A stretch of DNA of 64,000 bases, taken from Spirochaetota bacterium (GTDB taxonomy: Bacteria > Spirochaetota > UBA4802 > JAFGDQ01). Both the position numbers and the translations under genes were made by a program. The DNA is taken from positions 85,383-149,382 of the forward strand of contig JAZDKB010000009.1 in assembly GCA_043803405.1 (NCBI GenBank), given 5' to 3'. A model generated the notes under the pieces. It did no database searches, was not told where the DNA came from, and was given only the letters and a program-made list of their open reading frames with translations. Below are positions 38,028 through 48,288 of this stretch, one piece after another. Every line of letters begins with the position of its first letter. Positions within the stretch are counted from its first letter, which is position 1.

Positions 38028-39258
38028 CCCTGATGCTTACTCCCCTGTAGTAATACTTAAGTATTTCTTTGTAACCGGCGCCCTTTTCTGCCATACCTTT
38101 AGCGCCCCACTGGCACATACCAACGCCATGGCCCCAGCCGTGGCCGGAGAGTATAAGCCCGTCTTTGACCTTCTTTGCGCTAAAGAACATGCTTTTTATT
38201 TTCTTCTCAGGAAAAAGAAGACGAAGCTCATTGCCTGTTAATTTTATTGTGCCATGTTTATGTTGTATAACTGCCGAGAACACCCTGTTCCCTTTTCGCT
38301 CAAAAGAAATGCCGGAAATGGGGCCGACACTTTTGTATTTCCTGCCGAGGCATTGCTTAATATCGTACAACGTAAGTTTTTCTTCCCAGCTGTAATAAGG
38401 CGAATCTTTGCAGAAGCTGCAGCTTACGGATTTTAAATAATCCTCGCCATCGCCGCTCCACACATTCCTGTCGTCGGTCGTTCTGCCGCCGCAGGTCGAA
38501 TGAAAGAACGCGACAATGGGTTTGCCGCGGGAGAATGCCACCTTTCCCGATGTCTCATTTACTGCTGCTGTTGTGCTTTCTTTTTCAACCGAGACTCCCT
38601 TGTATACCTGGAAATTGCTGGTGCTGTCCAGGTCGAACAGTGACTTTTTGTTTTTTGTTAAATGATGATATGTATATGTCCTTGCAGCGACTGCCTGCGC
38701 CTTTAAAGCTTCACTATCCCACGAGCTGACAATTTCGCCGGGCACAACGCTGTAAAGGTATTCGTTCATCTGAATTACGTTGATCACATGCATTTTGCCG
38801 AGCACATTATGCAGTTCAATCATTCCCCTGTAATCATCGCCGTCAATACTTAACGGGCTGCCCCACGACTCTATTAAAACCGCGTTATCGATCTTACCAG
38901 GTTCATAATATATATCCTTCCCGGTGTCGGAATATATTATTTTACCGGTTTTTTTATCGGTTATCTTAAATTTTGTTCTGGAAGATACTAAAACCCTCTG
39001 CTCTGTTTTTTTCAGCAGTATTCTGATGAATAATTTGTCAATGCCGGATACCTGATATTGTTTATAAATATATTTTTTGGAAGGCGTACAGGAAAGATAC
39101 ACGAGCAGAAAACAAGTAAGTGACGTTAAAAGCGTTAATGTTATACTTTTATTATTTTTCATCAAGATTATAAAACGGATAAAATCTTTTTTTATAAATA
39201 TTACAGCTCTTATAAAGATCATTGGTCCACTCCCGTAAAAGACTAAAATATAAAACAA
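37996..39258 (-). CDS. SpoIID/LytB-domain protein (amidase enhancer / lytic transglycosylase family)
   Basis: 'EALKAQAVAARTYTY', 'FHSTCGGRT' and 'GHGWGHGVGMCQWGA' are SpoIID-domain motifs. The likely true start is the internal ATG at 39162, which gives the lipoprotein signal 'MKNNKSITLTLLTSLTCFLLVYLSC'. Confidence 0.85.
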   Translation of the reverse strand: MFYILVFYGSGPMIFIRAVIFIKKDFIRFIILMKNNKSITLTLLTSLTCFLLVYLSCTPSKKYIYKQYQVSGIDKLFIRILLKKTEQRVLVSSRTKFKITDKKTGKIIYSDTGKDIYYEPGKIDNAVLIESWGSPLSIDGDDYRGMIELHNVLGKMHVINVIQMNEYLYSVVPGEIVSSWDSEALKAQAVAARTYTYHHLTKNKKSLFDLDSTSNFQVYKGVSVEKESTTAAVNETSGKVAFSRGKPIVAFFHSTCGGRTTDDRNVWSGDGEDYLKSVSCSFCKDSPYYSWEEKLTLYDIKQCLGRKYKSVGPISGISFERKGNRVFSAVIQHKHGTIKLTGNELRLLFPEKKIKSMFFSAKKVKDGLILSGHGWGHGVGMCQWGAKGMAEKGAGYKEILKYYYRGVSIRDAGQKDYAGR

Positions 39259-39318
39259 ATCTTTTTCGGCAAGCAGAAAGACAATCAGTTATCAATAAAA
39301 ATTCACGGGCTGTATTTT

Positions 39319-40215
39319 TTAAACTCTCGGATGATATTTCTTATGAATCTCTTTAAGTTTACGTTTGGCCAAATGCGTATAAACCTGGGTTGTGGAAATA
39401 TCCATGTGCCCAAGAAGTTCCTGCACAGAGCGCAGATCGGCTCCGTTTTCAATAAGATGAGTTGCAAAAGAGTGTCTTAAAGTATGAGGCGTTATATTTT
39501 TTTCTATTTCAGCTTTCTCTACGTAACCTTTTAAAAGACGCCAAACAGATTTTCTGTTAAGCAAAGGACCTTTCTTGCTGATAAACACATACTCGCTCGT
39601 CCTGTTGCTACCGAGAATAACAGGCCTTGATTCATTTATATATTTATTCAGCAGTCTTACAGCTTCCTCGCCTATCGGCACAAGCCTTTCTTTGCTCCCT
39701 TTCCCAAGCACCCTTATATATCTGTTGCTGAAATCAACATTATTGATTACAAGCTCAACAGCTTCCGAAATGCGAAGCCCGCAGGAGTACAGAAGCTCAA
39801 AAAGCGCCTTATCGCGAAGCTCGTAAATATCATCTTCCGAGATAGTTTTATATAGCTTATTGATCTCTTTAATGGTTAAAAAGTCGGGTAAAGATTTTTT
39901 TATCTGAGGCGTTTCAACTTTATTGGTCGGATTTTCAAGCTCGCCTGTAGTGTCCGAAATAAAATTATAGAACTGCCGTATGGCGGCTAAAGATCTTGCA
40001 AGCGTCCTTGACGAGTTGTGTTTTTTTAGTCTCTCGAATTTAAGGAACTGTTTTATGTCGTCACCTGTAGCGGTCATGATGTCCTTATTAAGGGACGATA
40101 AAAATTCGTTGAATTTTTTAAGATCGTAAGTATATGCATAAACAGAATTATCGGATAATCCCTTTTCAATCTGCAAAAAGCGCTTGAATCTTTTTATTGC
40201 CGAAGTCTCTTTCAA
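39319..40215 (-). CDS. xerD: Tyrosine recombinase XerC/XerD
   Basis: N-terminal SAM-like domain 'FLQIEKGLSDNSVYAYTYDLKKF'. Catalytic residues in 'GLRISEAVEL', 'HTLRHSFATHL' and 'LGHMDISTTQVYTH'. 298 aa. Confidence 0.88.
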   Translation of the reverse strand: MKETSAIKRFKRFLQIEKGLSDNSVYAYTYDLKKFNEFLSSLNKDIMTATGDDIKQFLKFERLKKHNSSRTLARSLAAIRQFYNFISDTTGELENPTNKVETPQIKKSLPDFLTIKEINKLYKTISEDDIYELRDKALFELLYSCGLRISEAVELVINNVDFSNRYIRVLGKGSKERLVPIGEEAVRLLNKYINESRPVILGSNRTSEYVFISKKGPLLNRKSVWRLLKGYVEKAEIEKNITPHTLRHSFATHLIENGADLRSVQELLGHMDISTTQVYTHLAKRKLKEIHKKYHPRV

Positions 40216-40452
40216 TTCCGGTCTCCTTAATATTTATTTATCAGAATATTTATTTCATTCAATTTTTAATATAAATTTAACAAATTGCATTTTAAGCAGA
40301 AAACCTTGAATCCGCAGAAAACCGACTGGGATTATGTATCATATTTAATAAATATATCGGTAAAAAACGAATTTGCACTTAATAGGGAATATGATTTTTT
40401 TTAATAATGAATGTATAATTATTGCACATTGATCATGGAACTGCTGCGCTGT

Positions 40453-41634
40453 TTATTCAAACCGGAGAGCATCAATAGGCTTAAGATCAGATGCTTTTTT
40501 TGCGGGATAATAACCGAAGAAAATTCCTACAAAACTTGCGAACAGAAACGACACTATAACAGACGGCACTGAAAACAGAAAAGGCCAGTCGACAAAGAAC
40601 ACAATTAAAAAGTATATTACAAGGCCAAGAGTAATACCGACAATACCTCCGGCCGAACTTAAAGTTACGGACTCGATCAGGAACTGAAGCAGAATGTCTT
40701 TCTTTTTGGCTCCGATTGCAAGTCTGATTCCGATCTCACGCGTGCGTTCACTCACCGAAACCAGCATAATGTTCATAATGCCGATGCCGCCTACAATAAG
40801 GGATATTGAAGCAATGAACGCAAGCAGAATTGACAGCACATTCGAGATATAATCAGCCTGTTTTAATTTATCCTTGCTTGTCTCCATTTTAAAATCATCC
40901 GGCTTCCCTGCCGGTATTGAATGTATCCTCCTGAAATATTCTCTTATATAGTTCACAGTCTCGTCAACCTGCCCGGCAGAATATGTCGAAGCATTTAACT
41001 GGTCAAAGCTCTTTGATCCAATGATCTTTGTCTGTACAGTCGTATACGGTATTACGAGAATGTTATCGAAGTCCCTTCCGGAAAGAGCCTGCCCGATGGG
41101 CACAAGACTCCCGATAATCTTAAACGGAACATTCATAATAAGCATTACTTCTCCGACGGGATTCGTAAAACCGAACAATTCCGTCCTGACTGTGTTACCA
41201 ATTACCACAACCTTATCGCTTGAAATCAGTTCAATATCGGTAAAGTACCTGCCGTATTGAAGTTCATAGTCCATCATTGAAAAATAGTTATTATTTACTC
41301 CGTAAATCCTGCTTTTTATTGATCTGTTTTTATATTTTACCGGAGTGTACGATCTGTATATTTGAGGAGTAATATACTGAATCTGAGGGAACATGCGTTT
41401 AAGATCATCCATATCCCTTTCAGTCAAAGGTCTGGCTGAATTATAAATGGAAATAGCATTCGCCCCGGCAGTATAAATTTTCTTTTTAACCGCGATTCTC
41501 GCGCTGTTTCCTATACCGATCATAATAATTACCGACGATACGCCAATAATAATCCCAATACTGGTTAAGGCAGATCTCATCTTGTTTCTGCTCAGCGCTC
41601 TTAATGCTGTAATAAATGCATTTCTTACATTCAT
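40453..41634 (-). CDS. MacB-type ABC efflux permease (FtsX/MacB periplasmic-domain family)
   Basis: 'ALRALSRNKMRSALTSIGIIIGVSSVI' matches the MacB TM1 region. A large periplasmic loop is followed by three C-terminal TM helices and 'TREIGIRLAIGAKKKDI'. Confidence 0.88.
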   Translation of the reverse strand: MNVRNAFITALRALSRNKMRSALTSIGIIIGVSSVIIMIGIGNSARIAVKKKIYTAGANAISIYNSARPLTERDMDDLKRMFPQIQYITPQIYRSYTPVKYKNRSIKSRIYGVNNNYFSMMDYELQYGRYFTDIELISSDKVVVIGNTVRTELFGFTNPVGEVMLIMNVPFKIIGSLVPIGQALSGRDFDNILVIPYTTVQTKIIGSKSFDQLNASTYSAGQVDETVNYIREYFRRIHSIPAGKPDDFKMETSKDKLKQADYISNVLSILLAFIASISLIVGGIGIMNIMLVSVSERTREIGIRLAIGAKKKDILLQFLIESVTLSSAGGIVGITLGLVIYFLIVFFVDWPFLFSVPSVIVSFLFASFVGIFFGYYPAKKASDLKPIDALRFE

Positions 41635-41642
41635 GCGATTGA

Positions 41643-42359
41643 CTATTTCTTTTTTTTCTTTTTTTTAACAGCAATATCCTGAATTATACTGCCGTCCCTG
41701 AATATGACTTTTCTGTCAGTAAACTCAGCCACTTCTGGCTCATGAGTAACCAGAATAATAGTGATACCCATTTCCCTGTTAAGTTTTGTAAACATTTTCA
41801 TTACTTCTATTGTATTATGCGTATCCAGGTTGCCGGTAGGTTCATCCGCAAGTATAATTGCCGGATCATTAATAAGGGCGCGCGCTATTGCGACCCTTTG
41901 CTGCTGGCCGCCGGATAGTTTATTCGGGTGATGATGCTCCCTCTCTGCCAGGCCTACGAGAGCCAATAGCTCCCTGGCCTTGCTTTTAATTTCGTGCGAC
42001 CCGACATGCCCCCTGTAAAAGAGAGGAAGCTCTACATTTTCAATTGCCGAAGTCCTTGAAAGAAGGTTGAATCCCTGGAAAACAAAACCAATTTTGCTAT
42101 TACGGATTTCGGCCATGTCATCATGGCTCATTGTTTTAGCTTCTGTTCCGTCCAGATAATAGCTTCCCGAAGTCGGCAGGTCCAGAAAACCGAGAATATT
42201 CATAAAAGTTGATTTGCCTGAACCTGACGCTCCCATTATAGCTACAAATTCCCCTTCAGCAACATCCATAGAGACATTATTCAAGGCAGTAACGCTGATA
42301 TCCTCTCCCTGCCCGTATATTTTAAAGAGGTCTTTTATCTCGATTATTTTTTGTTTCAT
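41643..42359 (-). CDS. MacB/LolD-type ABC ATP-binding protein with a C-terminal Lys7 tail
   Basis: Walker A 'GASGSGKST', signature '[15 protein letters not shown]', Walker B '[12 protein letters not shown]'. Ends '...[11 protein letters not shown]', encoded by A8-G-A8-G-A3. Confidence 0.9.
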   Translation of the reverse strand: MKQKIIEIKDLFKIYGQGEDISVTALNNVSMDVAEGEFVAIMGASGSGKSTFMNILGFLDLPTSGSYYLDGTEAKTMSHDDMAEIRNSKIGFVFQGFNLLSRTSAIENVELPLFYRGHVGSHEIKSKARELLALVGLAEREHHHPNKLSGGQQQRVAIARALINDPAIILADEPTGNLDTHNTIEVMKMFTKLNREMGITIILVTHEPEVAEFTDRKVIFRDGSIIQDIAVKKKKKKK

Positions 42360-42513
42360 GCTTTTTCAGAAAATATTAATTGAGGCTGTTTTCAAGAGAT
42401 TTCTCACATTCGTTCGAAATGACACGGCAATAGTCATTATATAAACTGCTATAATCTCAAAAAAATCAATGCTTTAAAAATCTGATAGAATTAATAAATA
42501 CTGAGCATATTAT

Positions 42514-43638
42514 CTATCTGATTGATTCCTTTGCTTCGCCGCCTTTATTAATTCCGACAAGTATTTCGTCACCAGTTTTAAGCTTATCCGAAATCACCTC
42601 GGTAAAGTAATCGCCTGTCAGGCCTGTCTTTACTTCTACTCTGGTAACCGGCAGACTCTTGACTGCAAGACTTTGCTTTTTCCAGAGATATTTTTTACCG
42701 GGTTCAATTGCCATGTCAACAGGTGAGACAATAAACGCCTCGCTTGGAACGCGCAAAACATTTTTTTTGCTTGCCACTTCTACAGTTGCCGTTGCGGTCA
42801 TGCCAGGTTTCAGGATTAACTCCTTGTTATAGCAGGTAACAATTGCCTGGTACGAGACAAGCTGTTCTTTTTTAATCGGGTTCAGCCTGACCTGGTCGAT
42901 CCGTCCTTCAAAAGTTTTTTCCGGAAAAGCGCTCACAGTAAATACGACGTTCTGGTCTTTTTTAATAAAACCTATATCCGACTCGTCAACCTGTATAATG
43001 AGGCGCATTCTTGTTAAATCCTCAGCGATAACGAACAGCACTTTATTTTGCGTAATGGGAACATCCTGCTGAATATCCTTTGAAATAATCACCCCGGAAC
43101 TGGGCGCAAGTATTCTGGTATTATTCTTATTCCTTTTGGCGATTTCATACTCGTTCTGTATCTGTTTTAGCTGCGTCTCAATTTTTTTATACTGAAGCTC
43201 TGCCTGCTCAAGGCCTTTGCTGGATATTAAACCGTCCTTAAGCATATCCTTTTTTGCGTTCAGATCCCGCTTTGCAGAGAGCAGTTCAAACGCAATAGAT
43301 TCTCTGCGTGAATCTATCTTTAATATTTCCTGTTCAATTTCGGTTGCATCAATCGTTGCCAAAAGCTGGCCTTTCTTTACATGCTGGTTATAATCAGCAT
43401 ACACATTTGTAACCAGCCCGTTTATCCGGCTGAGAACTGAATGAGAATCCTGTATCTCCAGCGTGCCGGTTGTTGAAATAGTCTTTTTTACATCACCCGT
43501 ATTGAGCTTCTCATAACGATACGTTAATCCCGTATCTCCGCCGCAGCTTCTAAGCAGCAAATAAGTAGCTGCCGTCATTATAACAATAATTATTATTATA
43601 ATTTTTTTATTGGGTATTTTCTTTTTTACTTTGTGCAT
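42514..43638 (-). CDS. macA: HlyD/MacA-family periplasmic adaptor (membrane fusion protein)
   Basis: N-terminal anchor, lipoyl-like 'VKKGQLLATID', a coiled-coil hairpin, and beta-barrel/MP domains. Overlaps the TolC-like gene by 13 nt. Confidence 0.85.
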   Translation of the reverse strand: MHKVKKKIPNKKIIIIIIVIMTAATYLLLRSCGGDTGLTYRYEKLNTGDVKKTISTTGTLEIQDSHSVLSRINGLVTNVYADYNQHVKKGQLLATIDATEIEQEILKIDSRRESIAFELLSAKRDLNAKKDMLKDGLISSKGLEQAELQYKKIETQLKQIQNEYEIAKRNKNNTRILAPSSGVIISKDIQQDVPITQNKVLFVIAEDLTRMRLIIQVDESDIGFIKKDQNVVFTVSAFPEKTFEGRIDQVRLNPIKKEQLVSYQAIVTCYNKELILKPGMTATATVEVASKKNVLRVPSEAFIVSPVDMAIEPGKKYLWKKQSLAVKSLPVTRVEVKTGLTGDYFTEVISDKLKTGDEILVGINKGGEAKESIR

Positions 43639-45005
43639 AAGTATTCTTCGCCTAGCCCGACTGCATTTGATAGTTTTGCAAGTATAATGAGATAATCATA
43701 ACCTGCTTTAATGAAACCCAGCTCGGATTTTAAAAACGTCATCTCAGCGTCCTGTAATTCAAGCTGAGTGCTTAATCCGTTTTCATAGCTTTTCTGAGCC
43801 AGTTTAAGGTGCTTTTGTGAATTATCCATCATAAGTGCAGAAAGATCAATTTGTTTTTTATATTCATCTATACTTTGGAAATAATTTCTTATTAATGTCC
43901 TTATATTTATTAATATTTCACGCTCAATATATTTCGATTTATTGTATTCCGCAATTTTAGAATCTACCCTTGCATCAATAGCCCCGCCCGACCAGAGATT
44001 TAACTTTGCACTAATGCCAAGATTAATTGCTCCTGTCCAATTCTCCCACTTCACCTTGTCTTTAAATAATTCGGGATCATTATACTGATCTTTCCACCCA
44101 TAAAGAATATTAGTATTCTGCATGCCTACTGCTCCCAATAAATCGACGCTGGGATAATGCGCCGAACGCGCAATGGAAATATTTGATTGATTGATTTCTT
44201 TAGACATCTGGGAAATTTTGATATCTGGATTATTGCTTTCCGCCAGTTGATACAATTTAGTCAAGGTAAAACGCAATACCGGTAGCTTCTCAGATTTAAT
44301 CGGAGAGAATTCAATATTTTCATCTATAATCCCCATGGATGCAAGTAGCTCGGTTTTTACAATATTTTCATAATTCTTTGCTTTTTCGTACTCCAGCCGT
44401 GCATCGGCAAGGTCAACTTCCGATTTAGAGACATCAAGGATTGGCCTTTGGCCATTTTTATAAAGAAGATTCGCTTTCTGAAGTTTGGAATGGAATTTTT
44501 CTACAAGCTGCTCTCTTTTCGCCCTGTTTTCCCTGGCAAATAAATATCCGAAATAATTCTTTTTAACATTTACAATAATTTCAGCTTTTGCTTTAAAGGC
44601 TTTCATTTTCGCTAGGTCAATGCCCGATCTGGCGGAATCAATTGCATCTCCTCTTTGTGGATCATATAGATTATATATAAATGTCGGACCCACAAACAGT
44701 CCTATCGATGTATCATGACCTGGTATACTCGCAATGCCATTTTTTGGCTTAACCACTCGGTTGCGTTCATCAATAAACTGATTTTCGATTGTCTTAATTT
44801 CGAAATTAATGTTCGCCCCGTTTTTCGATTTCGCGAACGCATAGTTAGCCTGTGCAATATGGACGTCCTCATCGGAGGCTTTTATTTCGGGATGATTTTG
44901 AACCGCAATGCCAATACATTCGTTTAGAGAAATTTTTCTAAGTTCCGAATAAAGCGGACCTGAAATAAAAAGAATAATGGATAAGATAAGTAGATATATT
45001 TTCAT
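43626..45005 (-). CDS. tolC: TolC-family outer-membrane efflux channel
   Basis: Signal peptide. Two OEP repeats with long helical segments ('LDVSKSEVDLADARLEYEKAK...', 'LSTQLELQDAEMTFLKSELGF'). First gene of the efflux operon. Confidence 0.85.
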   Translation of the reverse strand: MKIYLLILSIILFISGPLYSELRKISLNECIGIAVQNHPEIKASDEDVHIAQANYAFAKSKNGANINFEIKTIENQFIDERNRVVKPKNGIASIPGHDTSIGLFVGPTFIYNLYDPQRGDAIDSARSGIDLAKMKAFKAKAEIIVNVKKNYFGYLFARENRAKREQLVEKFHSKLQKANLLYKNGQRPILDVSKSEVDLADARLEYEKAKNYENIVKTELLASMGIIDENIEFSPIKSEKLPVLRFTLTKLYQLAESNNPDIKISQMSKEINQSNISIARSAHYPSVDLLGAVGMQNTNILYGWKDQYNDPELFKDKVKWENWTGAINLGISAKLNLWSGGAIDARVDSKIAEYNKSKYIEREILINIRTLIRNYFQSIDEYKKQIDLSALMMDNSQKHLKLAQKSYENGLSTQLELQDAEMTFLKSELGFIKAGYDYLIILAKLSNAVGLGEEYLCTK

Positions 45006-45175
45006 TGAATAAAATATTAAAATGAATAACTGTTTATGGATGTATATATTATTATCGTCATAAGATGGATATTAATATATTTTTATAGATGACTTAATAT
45101 TTTTTAAAACAACTAAAAAAATCATTGACATTAGACTCAAACTTTCAGACAAGAAAAAAGCGTTTTAATGAAATT

Positions 45176-45248
45176 GCTGGCGTAGCTCAATCGGTAGAGC
45201 AGCTGATTTGTAATCAGCATGTTGGGGGTTCAATTCCTCTCGCCAGCT
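45176..45248 (+). tRNA. tRNA-Thr (anticodon UGU)
   Basis: Cloverleaf folded by hand. Acceptor GCTGGCG/CGCCAGC, D-arm GCTC-AATCGGTA-GAGC, anticodon arm GCTGA-TTTGTAA-TCAGC, T-loop TTCAATT. No encoded CCA. Confidence 0.9.
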
Positions 45249-45255
45249 AATCGAT

Positions 45256-45337
45256 GGTGAGGTTCCCGAGCGGCCAAAGGGAACAGACTGTAAATCTGTC
45301 GGCGATGCCTTCGGAGGTTCGAATCCTCCCCTCACCA
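45256..45337 (+). tRNA. tRNA-Tyr (anticodon GUA), class II with a long variable arm
   Basis: Acceptor GGTGAGG/CCTCACC, anticodon loop CTGTAAA, long variable arm 'tcggcgatgccttc', T-arm GGAGG-TTCGAAT-CCTCC. Confidence 0.9.
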
Positions 45338-45361
45338 AAAAAAGTTATATATTTACAATGT

Positions 45362-45395
45362 CAACACCGCCTGTCAAAAGGCGGTGTTGCTGTTT
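45362..45395 (+). terminator. Rho-independent terminator after the tRNA-Thr/Tyr pair
   Basis: 10-bp stem CAACACCGCC at 45362-45371 pairs with GGCGGTGTTG at 45380-45389. Followed by CTGTTT. Confidence 0.7.
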
Positions 45396-45445
45396 CCGGT
45401 TCTTATATCAATTTTTCTGTTGAAAGAACTTAATCAACTGCTTAA

Positions 45446-45670
45446 TTATTTTGCTGCCTGCTCATTTAATTCTTTAAGCATTTTCGTCAGCATTTTATCG
45501 TCGAAACCGTGAGCATGTGCTCCTTCTTCTATTGTTTCGCTTGTTGAAATATGACATCCGATACAATGCAAACCATAACCCGCCATTATTGGTGCGGATT
45601 TAGGAAAATTTTTCATTACCTCGCCGAAAGTCATATTTTTATTAATCTTGTCCGGCATACGTTTTAACAT
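45446..45670 (-). CDS. DUF1858-type small redox/disulfide domain protein (hybrid-cluster-protein-associated family)
   Basis: 74 aa. 'MTFGEVMKNFPKSAPIMAGYGLHCIGCHISTSETIEEGAHAHG' matches the DUF1858 CxxC-containing pattern. Confidence 0.7.
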   Translation of the reverse strand: MLKRMPDKINKNMTFGEVMKNFPKSAPIMAGYGLHCIGCHISTSETIEEGAHAHGFDDKMLTKMLKELNEQAAK

Positions 45671-45785
45671 CCTCCATAATATATTATTATATATAGTAAT
45701 TTCAATTCGGATCGATGTCCACTACTTTTTAAAGATCAGCAAAAGCAGTCTCGATGCGAACAGAAATGAATTCAAAAATCCGGGA

Positions 45786-46043
45786 TCAGTTCTGAAAACC
45801 GCAATCCCCTCCGTACCTGTGCATTCCGCAAGTGCCGGAAGCGCAGCATGATCCTGCCTGAGCGCACGATGGCATTTCCACCGAAGCTCCGCCGCCTTTC
45901 ATAATGAATCCGCTTCCGCCGGTGATCAATCTTTTAACCCCTGCGCCGCATTTAGGGCATTTATCTACCGGATTTTCTGTCATCCCGTGGAATACTTCAA
46001 ATCTATTATTGCATGATGAACAATGATATTCGTATGTTGGCAT
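45786..46043 (-). CDS. FmdB-family zinc-ribbon protein with a Cys/Gly-rich tail
   Basis: 'MPTYEYHCSSCNNRFEVFHGMTENPVDKCPKCG' is the CxxC...CxxC FmdB signature. The ORF track start at 46055 is 4 codons upstream. Confidence 0.8.
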   Translation of the reverse strand: MPTYEYHCSSCNNRFEVFHGMTENPVDKCPKCGAGVKRLITGGSGFIMKGGGASVEMPSCAQAGSCCASGTCGMHRYGGDCGFQN

Positions 46044-46200
46044 AAAAAACCTCAATCCTGTTAAAATTTATTATAAAAACTGTGTTTAATAAAAAATACT
46101 AATTATCATATTGACAAGTCAAGTATTTAAACTAATAATCTATTGACATTTTATAAAAGTTCAATAAGTTTATTAAATTAAGTTAACATACGGAACAATA

Positions 46201-47106
46201 ATGCATATTGACGATAAAAATAACGACATTAATCTGGATTCATTCTCAGATGATGATCTGAATTTTGAAAATCTTTTTGAGGAACCGGAAGCCTCACTAA
46301 AATCATCCGAAAAAAAACCTGTTCACAAAACAAAACCTGCTTCTGAAAAAAAACCGCAAAATAAAATCAGCTCTTTCGAAGACTTCACTGCATCTGAACC
46401 TGCGAAAAAAAAGCGCACAATAAGCGATTTTGAACCGGATATGGACGCGCTGTTAATGACCGCGCAATCATCAATGATTATTGAAGGCATGGAACATTAC
46501 AGCAATAAAGATTTCTCTTCAGAAGCGCTTCAAGTATATATCGAAGCATTTAAAGGAGTGGATCTTTATATAAAAATATTAAACAGGAATCCCAATAACT
46601 ACCGCAAGCTTAAAAAACTGATCGATTCAGATACGGATTGCCAGCAGGTGGAAAAATTCGCATTTGAATTATATAAGGAACAATGCGGGTCTACCCCAAA
46701 TACAGATAAGGAAAAATTGGAAGCTTTTGAATTATTCAAACAGATATTCAAACAATCCATCAATAAATCAAGCATAAGCAAATCGATGAAATTATTAAGA
46801 AAATATTTTCTGTTATCCGGCGGACTTGATACAGAAAAGATTCAGGAACTGATAAACAGCGGCAGCCTTGAATTAAAAAGAGAGATTAACTATTTTCACC
46901 AGCATCTGCACGTCGCTCTTGATATGCTAAAAAAAGGCGACAGCGAAATCGTAAGAGGGCTCAAGGGAAGAGACTTGAATGTATTTATTACAAAAAGCTC
47001 TGAGCTGCTGGGACATTATTATAAAACACAGGATAATATAAAAATTTCGGATTATTATTTCAGGATATATACTATTTATAAAAAATATTTTATAATTAAA
47101 CAATAA
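46201..47106 (+). CDS. Hypothetical protein with an acidic/Lys-rich N-terminus and a helical C-terminus
   Basis: 301-aa ORF with no recognised motifs. Confidence 0.6.
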   Translation: MHIDDKNNDINLDSFSDDDLNFENLFEEPEASLKSSEKKPVHKTKPASEKKPQNKISSFEDFTASEPAKKKRTISDFEPDMDALLMTAQSSMIIEGMEHYSNKDFSSEALQVYIEAFKGVDLYIKILNRNPNNYRKLKKLIDSDTDCQQVEKFAFELYKEQCGSTPNTDKEKLEAFELFKQIFKQSINKSSISKSMKLLRKYFLLSGGLDTEKIQELINSGSLELKREINYFHQHLHVALDMLKKGDSEIVRGLKGRDLNVFITKSSELLGHYYKTQDNIKISDYYFRIYTIYKKYFIIKQ

Positions 47107-47133
47107 AATTCCCGGGGGCAAGCCTCTGTGAGC

Positions 47134-48288
47134 TTATAAAAACATCTCTGTCATCTCATAAATTAATCCATCCATTTGAAAAAAGCCCTGTCTGCTAAAT
47201 TTGACTTTCATATCATTATCAAATTCTTCGATTTCCAGCAGATTCTTTTTTTGCAAATCAATGAATTTGCTCATTAACTCTTTGCTTAACCCGATTCCGA
47301 GTTTTGATTCAAAGTCCTTGACCGATATTCCTTCAGCAAGGCGCATTCCCGATAGAATATATTCCACAATCTCGGAATTTTTTGTTCTTTTATCCTTTTC
47401 CCTTATATTGCCATTCATCTTAATATATTCTTCTATCGAAGCCGGATTATAAAAACGCTCATTATTATAAAAAGAGTGGGCGCCTGCGCCGAATCCGGCA
47501 TACGGCATGAATTTCCAGTATTTTAAATTATGTTTTGATTCAAAATCCGGTAAAGCATAATTGGAAACCTCGTAATGGTTGTAGCCGGCATTTGTAAAAA
47601 AATCCATTGTCCTTTCCAAAAAAATTCTTTGCATATTGTTAAGGTTCTTAACCTGCAAACCGCTTTTCGCCAATGGTGTTCCGGCATCTATGCTAAGGGT
47701 GTACGCCGAAACATGCTCTATCCCATAACCGACAATTTTTTTTAGTTCTTCCCGCAAGTCACGTTCCGATTGGCCGGGAATGCCGATTATAATATCAACG
47801 CAATATACGATATCCGGAAAACTTATAAACTCCGAAAGCATCTTATCATTGCACAGACATGCGGATCTACCAAGAATACTATGCAATCTTTTATTAAATG
47901 TCTGCACACCAAGCACAACCCTGTTTATTCCAACGGATTTATATTCTCCGATTTTATTTACAGAAAAGTCATCCGGGTTACATTCTATTGTAATTTCTAA
48001 TTTTTCGTCTTTAAGTTTTAAACTTTTCTTTATCTGCGAAAATATTTTATTAAGCTGGATGGAAGTAAGAAGAGACGGAGATCCGCCTCCTAAATAAATC
48101 GTATCTATTTCAAAATCCCTTAGTTCAGTACTTCTTTTTTCAATCTCGCTTAAAAGCGCTTTTAAATATTTATTTATTATTCCGGTTTCATCATTTCTGT
48201 CGTTTTCATCAACAGGAACCGAGTAAAATGAGCAGTAAGAACATTTTCTTCTGCAGAATGGAAAGTGAATATACAACCCTAAATTCAT
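47134..48288 (-). CDS. hemW: Radical SAM heme chaperone HemW (HemN-like, oxygen-independent coproporphyrinogen oxidase family)
   Basis: 'LYIHFPFCRRKCSYCSF' carries the CxxxCxxC radical SAM cluster motif. 'IYLGGGSPS' and a HemN_C-like tail. 384 aa. Its ATG shares one base with the upstream gene's stop. Confidence 0.85.
   Translation of the reverse strand: MNLGLYIHFPFCRRKCSYCSFYSVPVDENDRNDETGIINKYLKALLSEIEKRSTELRDFEIDTIYLGGGSPSLLTSIQLNKIFSQIKKSLKLKDEKLEITIECNPDDFSVNKIGEYKSVGINRVVLGVQTFNKRLHSILGRSACLCNDKMLSEFISFPDIVYCVDIIIGIPGQSERDLREELKKIVGYGIEHVSAYTLSIDAGTPLAKSGLQVKNLNNMQRIFLERTMDFFTNAGYNHYEVSNYALPDFESKHNLKYWKFMPYAGFGAGAHSFYNNERFYNPASIEEYIKMNGNIREKDKRTKNSEIVEYILSGMRLAEGISVKDFESKLGIGLSKELMSKFIDLQKKNLLEIEEFDNDMKVKFSRQGFFQMDGLIYEMTEMFL

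Noticed and set aside
39319-40215. Tyrosine recombinase as a marker of an integrated mobile element or integron integrase
   Set aside because: Its size and motifs fit housekeeping XerC/XerD. The flanking genes (spoIID-like, queA, macB) are core genes. No att-like repeats, phage genes or cassette genes adjoin it, and it lies more than 20 kb from the attC-like spacers.
40296-40323. Direct repeat GCAGAAAACC x2 (18-nt period) upstream of xerD. An 11-mer 'tccgcagaaaa' is shared with 12124-12134
   Set aside because: The matches are short and could arise by chance in A-rich DNA. No further copies were noticed. It is not strong enough to call a regulatory motif.
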